NCBI GenBank assembly: GCA_963668175.1
Contig: OY764159.1
Coordinates: 3,040,001 to 3,104,000 of the forward strand
DNA from: Syntrophales bacterium
Lineage (GTDB): Bacteria; Desulfobacterota; Syntrophia; Syntrophales; PHBD01
DNA length: 64,000 bases
Reading direction: 5' to 3'
Shown here: one piece after another, positions 1-9,913 of the stretch
How the letters are laid out: each line of letters begins with the position of its first letter
Numbering within the stretch: the first letter of the stretch is position 1
Made by a program: the position numbers and the translations under genes
The notes under the pieces: generated by a model
Database searches by the model: none
What the model saw: the letters and a program-made list of their open reading frames with translations, nothing else
What the model was told of the DNA's origin: nothing

Positions 1-812
1 ATGCCCTGGGGCTTGAAGCCCATTTCCTTGAAGGTCTTCGTGAAGAGGATGGCGTCGGTGATATAGGAGGCATGCATCAGGACGTCCGGCTTGCTCTTGA
101 TCAGGGTGCCGACCTCGCTCGTCACGTCGGTGGCGTTGGCCGGATAGGAGATGTCGGCAACGACCTGGTACCCGAAGTCACCGGCGTATTTCTTGGCGTA
201 CTTGCCGACGTTGGCACCGAACTCGGTGTTTTCGTACAGAAGGGCGACTGTTTTCACCTTCTTGCCTGTCTTCTTTTCGAGGTCCTTCAGGTACTGGAAC
301 CAGTCACGGGCGAAGATCGCGTCGTGGGGGCTGACCCTGAAGAAATACTTAAAGTTCCTCTCGGTGAGCGTCGGCGAGGATGAGTCGGAGCAGACGTACG
401 GCACTTTCAGCCTTTCCGTGGCCTGGCTCGCCGTCTTGGTCACCGAGCTCTGATAGGCCCCGATGATCGCCGACACCTTTTCCTGGGTGATCAGGCGTTC
501 CGCCTCGGACATGCCGTTCTTCGGATCGCCCTTCGTGTCGGCATAGACGATTTCCAGCTTCGCGCCACCAAGGTTCGGCAATCCCCCCGATTTCGCCATG
601 GGCAGGTTGAGGTCCTTTCCGTATTTGCCGTTGATGATGTCCACCGCCAGGTCGACGCCGCGCTTACAGTCGAGCCCGGTGGAGGCGATGTTTCCCGACA
701 GGGGGTAGACGGCCCCGATCTTGATGACTTTCTGCTGCGCCATAACTCCCGTGGAGAAGGCAAACAGCACTACCAGAGACAGACAGACACCGAACCATAC
801 TTTGCATCTCAT
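1..812 (-). CDS. ABC transporter substrate-binding protein, LivK/branched-chain family (3' end runs off window)
   Basis: Manual translation from ATG at 812 (RBS GGAGG): MRCKVWFGVCLSLVVLFAFSTGVMAQQKVIKIGAVYPLSGNIASTG...ADTKGDPK...IIGAYQSSVT; signal peptide and Peripla_BP_6-type motifs. Confidence 0.85.
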   Translation of the reverse strand, partial: MRCKVWFGVCLSLVVLFAFSTGVMAQQKVIKIGAVYPLSGNIASTGLDCKRGVDLAVDIINGKYGKDLNLPMAKSGGLPNLGGAKLEIVYADTKGDPKNGMSEAERLITQEKVSAIIGAYQSSVTKTASQATERLKVPYVCSDSSSPTLTERNFKYFFRVSPHDAIFARDWFQYLKDLEKKTGKKVKTVALLYENTEFGANVGKYAKKYAGDFGYQVVADISYPANATDVTSEVGTLIKSKPDVLMHASYITDAILFTKTFKEMGFKPQG

Positions 813-903
813 CCTGGCACCTCCCTCAAATATGGGTTTCTTTGAATCGGTTAAGGGTGGAACAACGCTTCTTCGGGTATTTATTTCATGTTCTCTTGGT
901 TTC

Positions 904-943
904 GTATGATCATACTTTATATGATATAATGATTATACGTCAA
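904..943 (-). promoter_or_regulatory. Sigma-70-like promoter with palindromic operator GTATGATCATAC (GntR/FadR-like) upstream of the binding-protein gene
   Basis: Perfect 12-bp palindrome at 904-915; minus strand TTGACG-N16-TATAAA; second palindrome TATAAT-G-ATTATA at 925-937. Confidence 0.5.
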
Positions 944-1017
944 GCTGTTTTTTCCGCAACGTCTGTCGGTGGTTAGAGCATAACGGCGGTTTTATCGCGG
1001 CGGCGTCGCCGCCGCTT

Positions 1018-2346
1018 TCATTCGATCAGGACGGTCTGGATGTCCATCACGTTCGTGCCCGTGGGCCCCGTGGTGAAGAGGCCGCCCTCGGCCTTGAAGA
1101 AGGTATAGGAGTCGTTGTTCGTGAGGTATGATTCGGCCGACATTCCCATTTTCGCCGCCCGTTCAAGCGTAGCCCCGTCGGCGAAGGCCCCGGCGGCGTC
1201 CGTCGGACCGTCCGTCCCGTCCGTACCGGCGGAGAGGAGCGTGATGCCCTCCGTCCCGGCAATGGCTTCGGCAAAGGCCAGCGCCAGTTCCATGTTCCGC
1301 CCTCCCCTGCCGCCGCCCCGGACGGCAACCGTCGTTTCGCCGCCGGCGATCAGGCAGATTTTCCTGCCCTGGTTGCCTGCGAGAGTCCGCTTGGCCTCAC
1401 GCGCCTTCCCGGCCAGCCACCGGCCGGCATCGGCTGCCTCGCCCGTGAGCTCCGCCGTGAGGATCTCCGTTTCGCAGCCGGCCTCCCGGGACTTGGCCGC
1501 AGCGACACCCAGGGCGATCCGGCTGTTACCGATAATGATGTTTTTCACTTTCGCGAAGACGGTGTCCCCGGCCTTCGGCGTTTCCGGAAGTTCCCGGCGG
1601 ACGCCCTTCTCCAGGGTTTCCGTCACGGCGCGGGGAATCCTGCCGCGCAGTTTATATCGGTCGATGACGGCCAGGGCGTCCCCGTAGGTCGTCTCGTCCG
1701 GCGCCGTGGGGCCCGAGGCGATCACGTCGAGGGGGTCGCCGATCACGTCGGAAAGGATGAGGGATAGGACCTCCGCCGGATAGGCGATCTCCGCGAGCCT
1801 CCCGCCCTTGACGCGCGAGACATGCTTCCGGACGGTATTCAATTCCCTAATGTCGGCGCCGGCCGTAAGCAGCGCCTGGGTAAGTTCACGCTTTTCCTGA
1901 AGAGTGACAGGGGGAAGCGGCGCGGCCAAAAGGGCCGATCCGCCGCCGGAGACGAGACACAAGACGAGCGTCCGTTCGTCGGCCTCCTGCAGGGCGCGGA
2001 CGATTTCGACGGTTGCGTTCAGGCCGTTTTCGTCGGGTACGGGATGGGCCGCCTCGAAACACGCGATGGCCCCGGGCAGGGCCTCGGTGCCGAAGTGGCC
2101 GTATTTGGTGACGATCTTGCCGCCCGTCGCGATATCGAAGGATGTATCCGCCACGGCCTTCGCCATGGGATAGGCCGCCTTGCCGAAACCGACGACGAGA
2201 AGCCGGTTGAAATTTCCGCGGCGGCGGGTCTCGCCGATCCGGCCGAGTTCATTTTTAACCAGGGTGTAGGGGTCCACGGCTTTGATGACGGCCTGGAAGA
2301 TATCGGCGAGCAGCCGGCGGTTCTCTTCAGGGATTGTCCGGTCCAT
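1018..2346 (-). CDS. Glycerate 2-kinase (MOFRL/DUF4147, TtuD-like)
   Basis: GFGKAA, EAAHPVPD, LVSGGGSAL, RKHVSRVKGG, GGETTV..GGGRGGRN, GTDGTDG, TGPTGTNVMD. Confidence 0.92.
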   Translation of the reverse strand: MDRTIPEENRRLLADIFQAVIKAVDPYTLVKNELGRIGETRRRGNFNRLLVVGFGKAAYPMAKAVADTSFDIATGGKIVTKYGHFGTEALPGAIACFEAAHPVPDENGLNATVEIVRALQEADERTLVLCLVSGGGSALLAAPLPPVTLQEKRELTQALLTAGADIRELNTVRKHVSRVKGGRLAEIAYPAEVLSLILSDVIGDPLDVIASGPTAPDETTYGDALAVIDRYKLRGRIPRAVTETLEKGVRRELPETPKAGDTVFAKVKNIIIGNSRIALGVAAAKSREAGCETEILTAELTGEAADAGRWLAGKAREAKRTLAGNQGRKICLIAGGETTVAVRGGGRGGRNMELALAFAEAIAGTEGITLLSAGTDGTDGPTDAAGAFADGATLERAAKMGMSAESYLTNNDSYTFFKAEGGLFTTGPTGTNVMDIQTVLIE

Positions 2347-2594
2347 AAGCGTCGATGAGCCCTCCGATCCGGTCCATCGTGAAGACTGGCGCGAAGACGG
2401 GGTTTAAGGGAATACGGTACGCCGCGGGCTGATGAAAAACTGTTGTTGCTGCCTTTTTCAATTTACGCGAGGAATCGTATTCAGTCAATGTCAAAATTTC
2501 TCGTGCAATCGGGTGCCCCTATCATTTATAATCTTGTCGTCTCCACGGGACATATCCTTTCTCCCGTATTTCCTTCAACCGAGGTGATGGCGCA

Positions 2595-3758
2595 TTGGAA
2601 TTCATGGGTTTCCGCCGTCCGGACGGTAAAGTCGGCATTCGCAACGAGGTTATCGTCATCCCGTCGGTCGCCTGCGCGAACCGCGTCGCCCGCGGCATTG
2701 CGCAGCTTGCGTCCGGGTCGGTCTGGGTCGAGCACCAGCACGGCTGCACGCAGCTCGGCGCCGACGCGGAACTGACCAGACGGGTCCTTGTCGGGCACGG
2801 CACCCATCCCAACGTCGCGGGCGTTGTCGTCGTGGGCCTGGGTTGCGAGACCATACGGGCCGAGGACATCGCCGCCGACATTGGGCGTATCGCGCCCTAT
2901 AAACCCGTCCGCCTCGTCAATATTCAGATGGAAGGCGGGTCTGTCAAGGCCGTTGCCGCCGGGGCCGCCGCCGCGAGCACCCTCCTGGAAGAGGCGTCCC
3001 GCCTTGCGCGCACACCCGTAGACGCCACCGAACTGATTCTCGGCACGGAATGCGGCGGTTCGGACGCCTGCTCGGGCCTCTCGGCCAACCCGGCCCTGGG
3101 AACGGCCTGCGACCTTCTGATCGAGGCCGGAGGGACGGTTATCCTTGCGGAAACGACCGAACTCATCGGCGCCGAACATCTCCTCGCCGCCCGGGCCGTG
3201 AACGAACGCGTCGCCGCCCGCTGCTTCGAGGTGATCGCAGCCTGCGAAGACGCCGCGAAGAGGATGGGCGTCGACATGCGGGGCGGCCAGCCCACGCCCG
3301 GCAATATCGAAGGGGGGCTTTCTACCATCGAGGAGAAGTCCCTCGGCTGCATCTACAAGGCCGGCAGGCACCCCCTCCGCGATGTTATCGACTACGCCGC
3401 CCCCGTTGCGGGTAAGGGCCTCATCTGGATGGACACGCCGGGCCACGACATCGAACAGATGACGGGCATGGTCGCCGGCGGCTGCCATCTCATCGCCTTC
3501 ACGACGGGCCGGGGCACCTGTTGCGGCTCGCCCGTGGCGCCGACGATCAAGATAGCCTCCAACACGGCTATGTACAACCATATGAAGGACAACATGGACA
3601 TGAACGCCGGGACGATTGTCTCCGGCGACGAGACGGCAGCGGAAGTCGGCCGCCGGATTTTCGCCGAGATCCTGGCCGTGGCGTCTGGCAGACGATGCCG
3701 CGCGGAGATCCTCGGGTTCAACGACTTCGCCATACGTAGAATAGGACCGAGCATGTAG
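2595..3758 (+). CDS. UxaA/GarD/SuyB-family dehydratase large subunit
   Basis: GFRRPDGKVGIRN, HQHGC, GLGCE, ECGGSD, GNIEGGLSTIEEKSLG, FTTGRG; TTG start with GAGG RBS. Confidence 0.9.
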   Translation: MEFMGFRRPDGKVGIRNEVIVIPSVACANRVARGIAQLASGSVWVEHQHGCTQLGADAELTRRVLVGHGTHPNVAGVVVVGLGCETIRAEDIAADIGRIAPYKPVRLVNIQMEGGSVKAVAAGAAAASTLLEEASRLARTPVDATELILGTECGGSDACSGLSANPALGTACDLLIEAGGTVILAETTELIGAEHLLAARAVNERVAARCFEVIAACEDAAKRMGVDMRGGQPTPGNIEGGLSTIEEKSLGCIYKAGRHPLRDVIDYAAPVAGKGLIWMDTPGHDIEQMTGMVAGGCHLIAFTTGRGTCCGSPVAPTIKIASNTAMYNHMKDNMDMNAGTIVSGDETAAEVGRRIFAEILAVASGRRCRAEILGFNDFAIRRIGPSM

Positions 3759-3771
3759 GGGAACCGGGAGG

Positions 3772-4068
3772 ATGGCGATGCCGAAAGAGATAGCCCTCGT
3801 CATGGAAGCCCATGACAACGTGGCCACGGCCCTGGAAGAGATCGCGCCGGACACGGAGGTCACGTTGACCGTCGCGGGCGTGTCCGTCCGGGTCAGGATT
3901 TCCGAACGCATCCCCTTCGCCCATAAATTCGCCCTGGCGGACATTCCGGAGGGCGCTCTCGTCGTCAAATACGGGCAGGCCATCGGTGCGGCCACGGCTG
4001 CAATCCCAGCCGGCCGCCACGTGCACATCCATAACCTCGAAAGCAGACGGGGACGGGGGGACCGATAG
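3772..4068 (+). CDS. UxaA-family SAF-domain small subunit
   Basis: DNVATAL, IPFAHKFAL, VKYGQAIG, GRHVHIHN. Confidence 0.9.
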   Translation: MAMPKEIALVMEAHDNVATALEEIAPDTEVTLTVAGVSVRVRISERIPFAHKFALADIPEGALVVKYGQAIGAATAAIPAGRHVHIHNLESRRGRGDR

Positions 4069-4144
4069 TTCCCGGCGATTCTTTATTCACCTTCAAAGAA
4101 AGACGATCGCATTCACCGATGCGAAAGCGGAAAGGACTTGCGTT

Positions 4145-5020
4145 ATGGAAAAGATCGGCTGGATCGGTACGGGCGTCATGGGAAATGCGATGTGCCGTCA
4201 CATCATGAACAAGGGTTATGCCTTGTCCGTCTATAACCGGACGAGGGACAAATGCGACGAGCTGTGCGGATGCGGGGCCGTATGGTGCAGCAGCCCCGGC
4301 GACGTGGCCGCCCGAAGCGACATCGTCTTTACGATGGTGGGCGAGCCCCCCGACGTCGAGGAAGTCATCCTCGGCGAAGGCGGCATTCTCGCGAAGGCCC
4401 GGCCCGGCTCCGTCATCGTGGACATGACGACCTCGGAGCCTTTCCTCGCACAGCGGATATACCGGGAGGCGAAGGCCAAATCCGTGGCGTCCCTCGATGC
4501 CCCCGTTTCCGGCGGCGACATCGGCGCCCGGGAAGGAACGCTCGCCATCATGGCGGGCGGCGACGAAACGGCCTTCAAGCGGGTCCTGCCGGTGTTCGAA
4601 CTGATGGGCAAAAACATCGCCCTCATGGGCGGACCGGGCATGGGGCAGCATACGAAGATGAGCAACCAGATCCTCATCGCCGCCAACATGATCGGCGTCG
4701 TCGAGGCCCTCCTTTACGCCCGCAAATCAGGCCTGGACCCGGCGCGCGTCATCGACGTCGTCGGCCAGGGCGCAGCGGCTTCCTGGTGTCTGAACCAGCT
4801 CGGACGGCGGATTCTCAAGGGCGATTTCGCGCCCGGTTTCTATATCCGCCATTTCGTGAAAGACATGGGCATCGCGCTTGCCGAGGCGAGGAGAATGAAG
4901 CTTTCGCTGCCGGGGCTCGCGCTCGTCAACCAGTTCTACCTCGCCGCCGTGGCGGAAGGTCTGGAGACGGACGGAACGCAGGCCCTCTACAAGGTCCTGG
5001 AAAGAATGAATACCCTGTAG
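4145..5020 (+). CDS. NAD(P)-dependent beta-hydroxyacid dehydrogenase (tartronate-semialdehyde reductase/3-hydroxyisobutyrate DH family)
   Basis: IGWIGTGVMG Rossmann motif, LDAPVSGGDIGA, KMSNQ, F..RHFVKD; ATG at 4145 in frame with ORF 3986. Confidence 0.9.
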   Translation: MEKIGWIGTGVMGNAMCRHIMNKGYALSVYNRTRDKCDELCGCGAVWCSSPGDVAARSDIVFTMVGEPPDVEEVILGEGGILAKARPGSVIVDMTTSEPFLAQRIYREAKAKSVASLDAPVSGGDIGAREGTLAIMAGGDETAFKRVLPVFELMGKNIALMGGPGMGQHTKMSNQILIAANMIGVVEALLYARKSGLDPARVIDVVGQGAAASWCLNQLGRRILKGDFAPGFYIRHFVKDMGIALAEARRMKLSLPGLALVNQFYLAAVAEGLETDGTQALYKVLERMNTL

Positions 5021-5050
5021 CTTCCTTAAACACTTAGGGAGGGAAAAGGA

Positions 5051-5707
5051 ATGACGGCAACAACCGTTATTGTCGCTGCGGCCGTTCCCCTTTTGGCCGG
5101 CCTGCTCCTCGCCGCCTCGCGGGAATCTCTGGGCGGAACGCTCCTGACGAAGCCCCTGCTCTCCGCCCTGTTCGTCGCGACGGTCTGGACGGCCCCCCAT
5201 CGGGACCCGCTCTATTTCGGCCTGGTAACGGCCGGACTGGTCCTGTGCCTGGCCGGCGACGTCTTCCTCATCTTCACGCGGTCGGCCAATCTTTTCCTGG
5301 CGGGACTCGTATCGTTCCTTCTGGGGCATATCCTTTACGGGACGGCCTTCTTCGCCGTATCTTCTCCGGGGGCCTGGACCGCGGCGGCTGCGATTGTCCT
5401 TGCAGCCCTCGGCATCGCCGTTTTTAACTGGCTGAAACCGCACCTGGGCAGGATGAAAATTCCCGTAACGGCATATCTTACGGCCATCACCCTCATGGTC
5501 GTCGCCGCCGCAACGCTTGCCGGAGACCGCGGCCATCCTTTCACCGGCCGCATGCTGGCCCTTATCGGCGCGGTCCTCTTCTACGCCTCGGACATCTTCG
5601 TGGCCCGGCATCGTTTCGTCCGGAAGGAATTCCGGAACCGCCTGATCGGGTTGCCTCTCTACTATGCAGGCCAGTTCATGATCGCCGCTTCCGTCCGTTT
5701 CTTTTAG
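5051..5707 (+). CDS. Lysoplasmalogenase / YhhN-family membrane protein
   Basis: Multi-TM; LTKP, AGDVFL, FLLGHILY, FYASD, LYYAGQ. Confidence 0.85.
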   Translation: MTATTVIVAAAVPLLAGLLLAASRESLGGTLLTKPLLSALFVATVWTAPHRDPLYFGLVTAGLVLCLAGDVFLIFTRSANLFLAGLVSFLLGHILYGTAFFAVSSPGAWTAAAAIVLAALGIAVFNWLKPHLGRMKIPVTAYLTAITLMVVAAATLAGDRGHPFTGRMLALIGAVLFYASDIFVARHRFVRKEFRNRLIGLPLYYAGQFMIAASVRFF

Positions 5708-5731
5708 GAAACGGCACCGGCCGATCCCGTC

Positions 5732-6607
5732 TCAGGCCTTCAAATAGGCGTCGAACCAGGCAAGGCATCTCCTCCAGCCGTCCTTCGCGGCCTCTTCCCG
5801 GTAGCTCGGCCGGTAATCGGCGAAGAAGGCATGGGGCGCCTTGGGATAGACGACGAATTCGCACGTCTTACCCGCCGCCTTGAGACGCGCCTCCATCTCC
5901 TTCACGTCGGCCACGGGAATCCCCAGGTCTTCCGCCCCGTACAGACCGAGGACAGGGGCCTTGATGTCTGCGGCGACATCGAGCGGACCGAAGGTGCGGA
6001 CGCCGGGCGTTACGTCCGGCTTGATCTGGCCGTACCAGGCGACGGCGGCCATGACGTCGCGGTTATGGGCCGCGAAGAGGAGCGTGTACATCCCGCCCCG
6101 GCAGAATCCTGTCACGCCGATACGGTCGGCCCTGGCCGCCGGATGCGTCTTGGCGTAGGCTGTCAGGGCGTCCAGGTCGCCCATGACGCGCGCGTCGGGA
6201 ACAGGATCGACGACTTTGCGCACGGCGGCGATATCGGGCAGCGTCAGGACGCCTCCTTCTCGGGCGTACGGCTCGAAGGTCAAGCTGAGGAATCCCGCAT
6301 GGGCGAATCGCCTCGTCACATCCTTGATATGCTCGTGCATGCCGAACACTTCCGGAATGACCAGGACTACCGGGTACTTCCCGGCCTTCGCCGGCCGCGC
6401 CTCGTAGACGGGCATCGGGAACGTTCCCGAGGGAACGGTCCCTTCCCTGACCTCGATGCCGGTGAGCGTCGTGTTGATAATCTCGCCCGCCACGGGCGAG
6501 GCGGCCATGGCAAACCCCGCAAGCGACACGCCGGCGATGCCGGCCTTCGCCAGGAACTGCCTCCGCGACATACCTTCATACGCATTGGCCAGCCAGTCTT
6601 CGACCAT
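5732..6607 (-). CDS. Dienelactone hydrolase family protein with Tat-like signal
   Basis: SRRQFL; PEVFG, GFCRGG nucleophile Cys, EDLGI, HAFFADYRPSY. Confidence 0.9.
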   Translation of the reverse strand: MVEDWLANAYEGMSRRQFLAKAGIAGVSLAGFAMAASPVAGEIINTTLTGIEVREGTVPSGTFPMPVYEARPAKAGKYPVVLVIPEVFGMHEHIKDVTRRFAHAGFLSLTFEPYAREGGVLTLPDIAAVRKVVDPVPDARVMGDLDALTAYAKTHPAARADRIGVTGFCRGGMYTLLFAAHNRDVMAAVAWYGQIKPDVTPGVRTFGPLDVAADIKAPVLGLYGAEDLGIPVADVKEMEARLKAAGKTCEFVVYPKAPHAFFADYRPSYREEAAKDGWRRCLAWFDAYLKA

Positions 6608-6714
6608 AAGGACCTCCTGATTTGATATGAACAGATGGTTTGTCTGACGGATTAACGCTCTTGATCGAACCGGTAAACGACTTTGTATAAAAGGCGGATC
6701 TTTCGTCGGAAGAT

Positions 6715-6915
6715 AAAAAACAACTGCCGGCTGAGTGAATCTTTATTCCCGAGGGCTCGGCCGGCAGTCTCTTATCCAAGGACTCCCCCCGTCCTTGGGT
6801 TTATTTCGGTGTGTGAAGACATTCTTTGGCTTGGAGGATTGGAGGCGTTTGGTGTCCTACAGGCTTCCTCCCTGCCCGGCATGAAACCTTTCCCGCGTAA
6901 GGAGATCTCACACTT
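6715..6915 (-). ncRNA. Candidate structured RNA (sRNA or attenuator leader)
   Basis: Three stems (6811-6816/6908-6913; 6776-6783/6791-6798; 6723-6735/6756-6768 followed by U6 on minus); TTGAAA-N17-TTAAAT at 6951-6923; strand uncertain. Confidence 0.4.
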
Positions 6916-7035
6916 GAATTACATTTAACAACATTTTATCTCATGTTTCAAGAAAAAAAGCGCGGAGCGCACAGCCGGAGAGTCTTCAGTCAACCTAATC
7001 GTTTGTCCTGTAAGTTGTTTCGCCGATTGCCAGTT

Positions 7036-8259
7036 CTACTTTCCGGATGGATTTGCCGGATGCGGCAGGAGTCGTTGGTCTTGAACGAGGGTTCGCGCCA
7101 GCGTTTCGGCGACAAGGGTGTTGCCCCTCTCATTGAAGTGCAACTCGTCGTAGAACGCCGACGTATCCTTCGGAATCTGCGACGCCAGGTCGATGCACAT
7201 CACGCCTCGCGTGCGGCAGACGTCGAGGAGCGTTTCGTTGTAGCGCTTCATCCCTTCCATCAGTGCCCTGGCCGTGTAGTAGCGCCGGGACTTGAGGCTC
7301 TCGATCCACCCGCACCACAGGAGGTCGTTCTCCCTGTCCGTAAGATCGGCCCGCCACATGGAAGGCTGGGTCATGAAGAGAATCCGGATCGACCGGGCTT
7401 CGGCCATGTCGATGATTGTGTTCAGGTTCCTGCGGTATTCCCCCAGGGCCGGCCCCAGGTCGGGCAGGGTGTCGACAAATGCCGCCGCTTCCTTTCTCTG
7501 TTTCCGCAGATTGACGAACATGCCGCCCGCCTGGTCCTGATAGAGGTCCTTGTGGGTGCGTTGCTCCTTCCATTTCTTGTAGAGGCTGCCGATGGCGGAC
7601 TCGTCGTAATACCCGAACCGGAGACGGTATTTCCCGGGGAAATAGGGAACGACCGTGAAAGCCCCGCGGATGAGCCTTTGCTTCCAGGCTTCGTAGTGGT
7701 CGAGGAAATCAGGGTCGTACTTGTCGTCTTCGATGAGTCGCCGGAGGAGATCGTTGCCGCCGGTAAGTATAACGACCATATCGATTTTCGGCAACTGAGG
7801 GACGAGGTACTTCATGTGCATGTAGTGTTCACGCGTGTCGAGGCCGCTCTTGCCTGCGCTTCCGACCCAGACGGAGCCGGGACGGACCGCGTTGATCCTG
7901 CGTTGCAGGGCATAGGGCCAGGAGAGTTCCTGATCGATATAGAGGCACTCCGTCGTGCTGCCGCCGACCGTCAATATCTTGAAGACCTGCCCTTTCGGGA
8001 TATCGTCGCCCCGCAATCCCTCCCTGTTCGTCAGAAACCGTCCCTCCTTCGTCACGCCGGGCATAACCCCCGCCGCCGGCCGGTAAACGGTCTTCATATT
8101 CGGCGGCCAGACGTAATATTTGTTGTCCTTCTGATGAGCCAGGTAGAAACGCAGGCCGAATTCGCCCATCACAAGCGATAAGACAAGCCCGAAGACGACG
8201 AGGATCAGGCGGTAGAGGTTCTCGCGGTTGAATATCGTTTTCAAGATACGCTTCAGCAT
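7036..8259 (-). CDS. Membrane-anchored SGNH/GDSL hydrolase
   Basis: N-terminal TM; GGSTT, GGNDL, FYDELHFN blocks. Confidence 0.85.
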   Translation of the reverse strand: MLKRILKTIFNRENLYRLILVVFGLVLSLVMGEFGLRFYLAHQKDNKYYVWPPNMKTVYRPAAGVMPGVTKEGRFLTNREGLRGDDIPKGQVFKILTVGGSTTECLYIDQELSWPYALQRRINAVRPGSVWVGSAGKSGLDTREHYMHMKYLVPQLPKIDMVVILTGGNDLLRRLIEDDKYDPDFLDHYEAWKQRLIRGAFTVVPYFPGKYRLRFGYYDESAIGSLYKKWKEQRTHKDLYQDQAGGMFVNLRKQRKEAAAFVDTLPDLGPALGEYRRNLNTIIDMAEARSIRILFMTQPSMWRADLTDRENDLLWCGWIESLKSRRYYTARALMEGMKRYNETLLDVCRTRGVMCIDLASQIPKDTSAFYDELHFNERGNTLVAETLARTLVQDQRLLPHPANPSGK

Positions 8260-8316
8260 ATGATGTCAAGGCGGTCTCCGCCTTCCCGTGAAAGCCCGTC
8301 GGGTTGTCTTAAAGTA

Positions 8317-8826
8317 TTACCTTACACATTGGCCGAGGGAACCTTCTTTGCACTTGCTGCCGTCCATCCAGATGGCATCGTCGAACCTGGTTCCGGTAAT
8401 ATTGGCCCCCGTGAGATTCGCGCCGACGAGGTTGGCGCGGGAAAGATCGGCGCCCGTGAGATTCGCCCCGGTGAGGTTCGTACCGGCGAACCACGCATCG
8501 GCGAGCCTGGCCCCGGTGAGGTTCGCACCGCTCAAATTCGCGTCCCTCAGGTTCGCTTTGGAAAGGATGGCTCTCGTAAGATTGGCGCGGGACAGGTTCG
8601 TCCCGTACAGCGACGCATTGGTCAGGTTGGCGCGGCTCAAATTGGCCTCGCTCAGGTTCATATTCACCTTCCTGGCGTTAATCATTTCGGCCCCCGAAAG
8701 ATCGCATTTCGGGCAATCCTCCATCTTGTTCACCCTGATAAGTTCGCCCTGGTTGAATCCCTGGACCGCACCGGCCCAGAGCATACAGAATGTGCCGATA
8801 AATATCGTGAACCATGTCTTTCGCAT
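8317..8826 (-). CDS. Secreted pentapeptide-repeat protein
   Basis: Signal peptide; CPKCDL; about 20 A(N/D)LXX repeats; WMDGSKC C-terminus. Confidence 0.9.
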   Translation of the reverse strand: MRKTWFTIFIGTFCMLWAGAVQGFNQGELIRVNKMEDCPKCDLSGAEMINARKVNMNLSEANLSRANLTNASLYGTNLSRANLTRAILSKANLRDANLSGANLTGARLADAWFAGTNLTGANLTGADLSRANLVGANLTGANITGTRFDDAIWMDGSKCKEGSLGQCVR

Positions 8827-8862
8827 GCCCCCTCCTTCGAAGAAATTCCATTTGAGGAATCC

Positions 8863-9558
8863 TTATTGAATATCATCTTTCTTGTGTTTCTTGCTGTGCC
8901 GTTTCAGGGTGTCCAGTATTTTTTCCCGATAAACAAAAGCCGGAACAATGACGACGACACTTGCGACAACAACGATAAACAAAAGCAGGTACTGCTCGCT
9001 GCGCACGCAGTGCCCGCAGACGGAAAGCATCGCCGTTCCCATAAGCCGTCCCACCGTCGAGATTACAAGAAACGTGACGACGGGCATATGACTCAAGCCC
9101 ATGATATAACAGAGATAATCCTTAGGGAATCCCGGGATCACGAAGAGCAGGAAGGAGACAACCGCCCCCTGGTGCTCCATGAAGAGGTCGAATTTCCTGA
9201 TGGCCTCAGGGCTGACGACCTTCTCCACGAACTGCATCCCGAAGAAACGGGAAAGCATGAAGGCCAGCCAGGAGCCTATGGTCAGGCCGATCGTGGAATA
9301 GACGGTCCCCATAACGGGACCGTAAAGGTATCCCCCGATGAGGCCGGTCGCCTCGCCGGGTATGGGCGCGGCGACCACCTGGCCGATTTGCAATATGATG
9401 AAGATGATTCGATCGTACGGATGATAAGCATTGAGGAGCTGTATGGCTTTGTCCCGATCGACGAAATAGACATACCAGCCGTAATGAAAGAAAAGATACG
9501 CCCCCAACGCGACCATGATGACGAAGGACAATATCTTGAGAAAGGGGCGCAGATTCAT
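8863..9558 (-). CDS. TVP38/TMEM64 (DedA/VTT) family membrane protein
   Basis: QVVAAPIPGE, GYLYG, IPGFPKDYLCY. Confidence 0.88.
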   Translation of the reverse strand: MNLRPFLKILSFVIMVALGAYLFFHYGWYVYFVDRDKAIQLLNAYHPYDRIIFIILQIGQVVAAPIPGEATGLIGGYLYGPVMGTVYSTIGLTIGSWLAFMLSRFFGMQFVEKVVSPEAIRKFDLFMEHQGAVVSFLLFVIPGFPKDYLCYIMGLSHMPVVTFLVISTVGRLMGTAMLSVCGHCVRSEQYLLLFIVVVASVVVIVPAFVYREKILDTLKRHSKKHKKDDIQ

Positions 9559-9580
9559 GGGGATGATTCGGCGTATCCGT

Positions 9581-9781
9581 CTATTCCTTCTTGTCTTCCG
9601 GCTTCTTGGCCGCGGGAATCTCTTCCGGCTTCTTATCAGGTTCCTCCATGGCCCGCTTGAACCCCTTTATGGCTTTACCGATGGATCCGCCCAATTCCGG
9701 CAGTTTGCCGGGTCCGAAAACAACCAGGACGATAATCAGGATCACGATCAGATGCATCGGCTGAAAAAGGCCTTCGAACAT
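9581..9781 (-). CDS. tatA: Twin-arginine translocase subunit TatA/E
   Basis: TM followed by FGPGKLPELGGSIGKAIKGFK. Confidence 0.93.
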   Translation of the reverse strand: MFEGLFQPMHLIVILIIVLVVFGPGKLPELGGSIGKAIKGFKRAMEEPDKKPEEIPAAKKPEDKKE

Positions 9782-9913
9782 GATCTTTCCTCCCTTGTTT
9801 ATATTTCCTGTTATCCACCCTATAGCAGATACGGCAAGGTGTCAAATAAATATCATCGGAAGGAATGCCGGGGAAAGGGAGGATATAACAAAAGGTTATA
9901 TACTGTCGTGGTG

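Noticed and set aside
8400..8660. 15-bp periodic DNA repeats, and the ~126-bp periodicity at 30380-31050
   Set aside because: Explained by pentapeptide and TPR protein repeats
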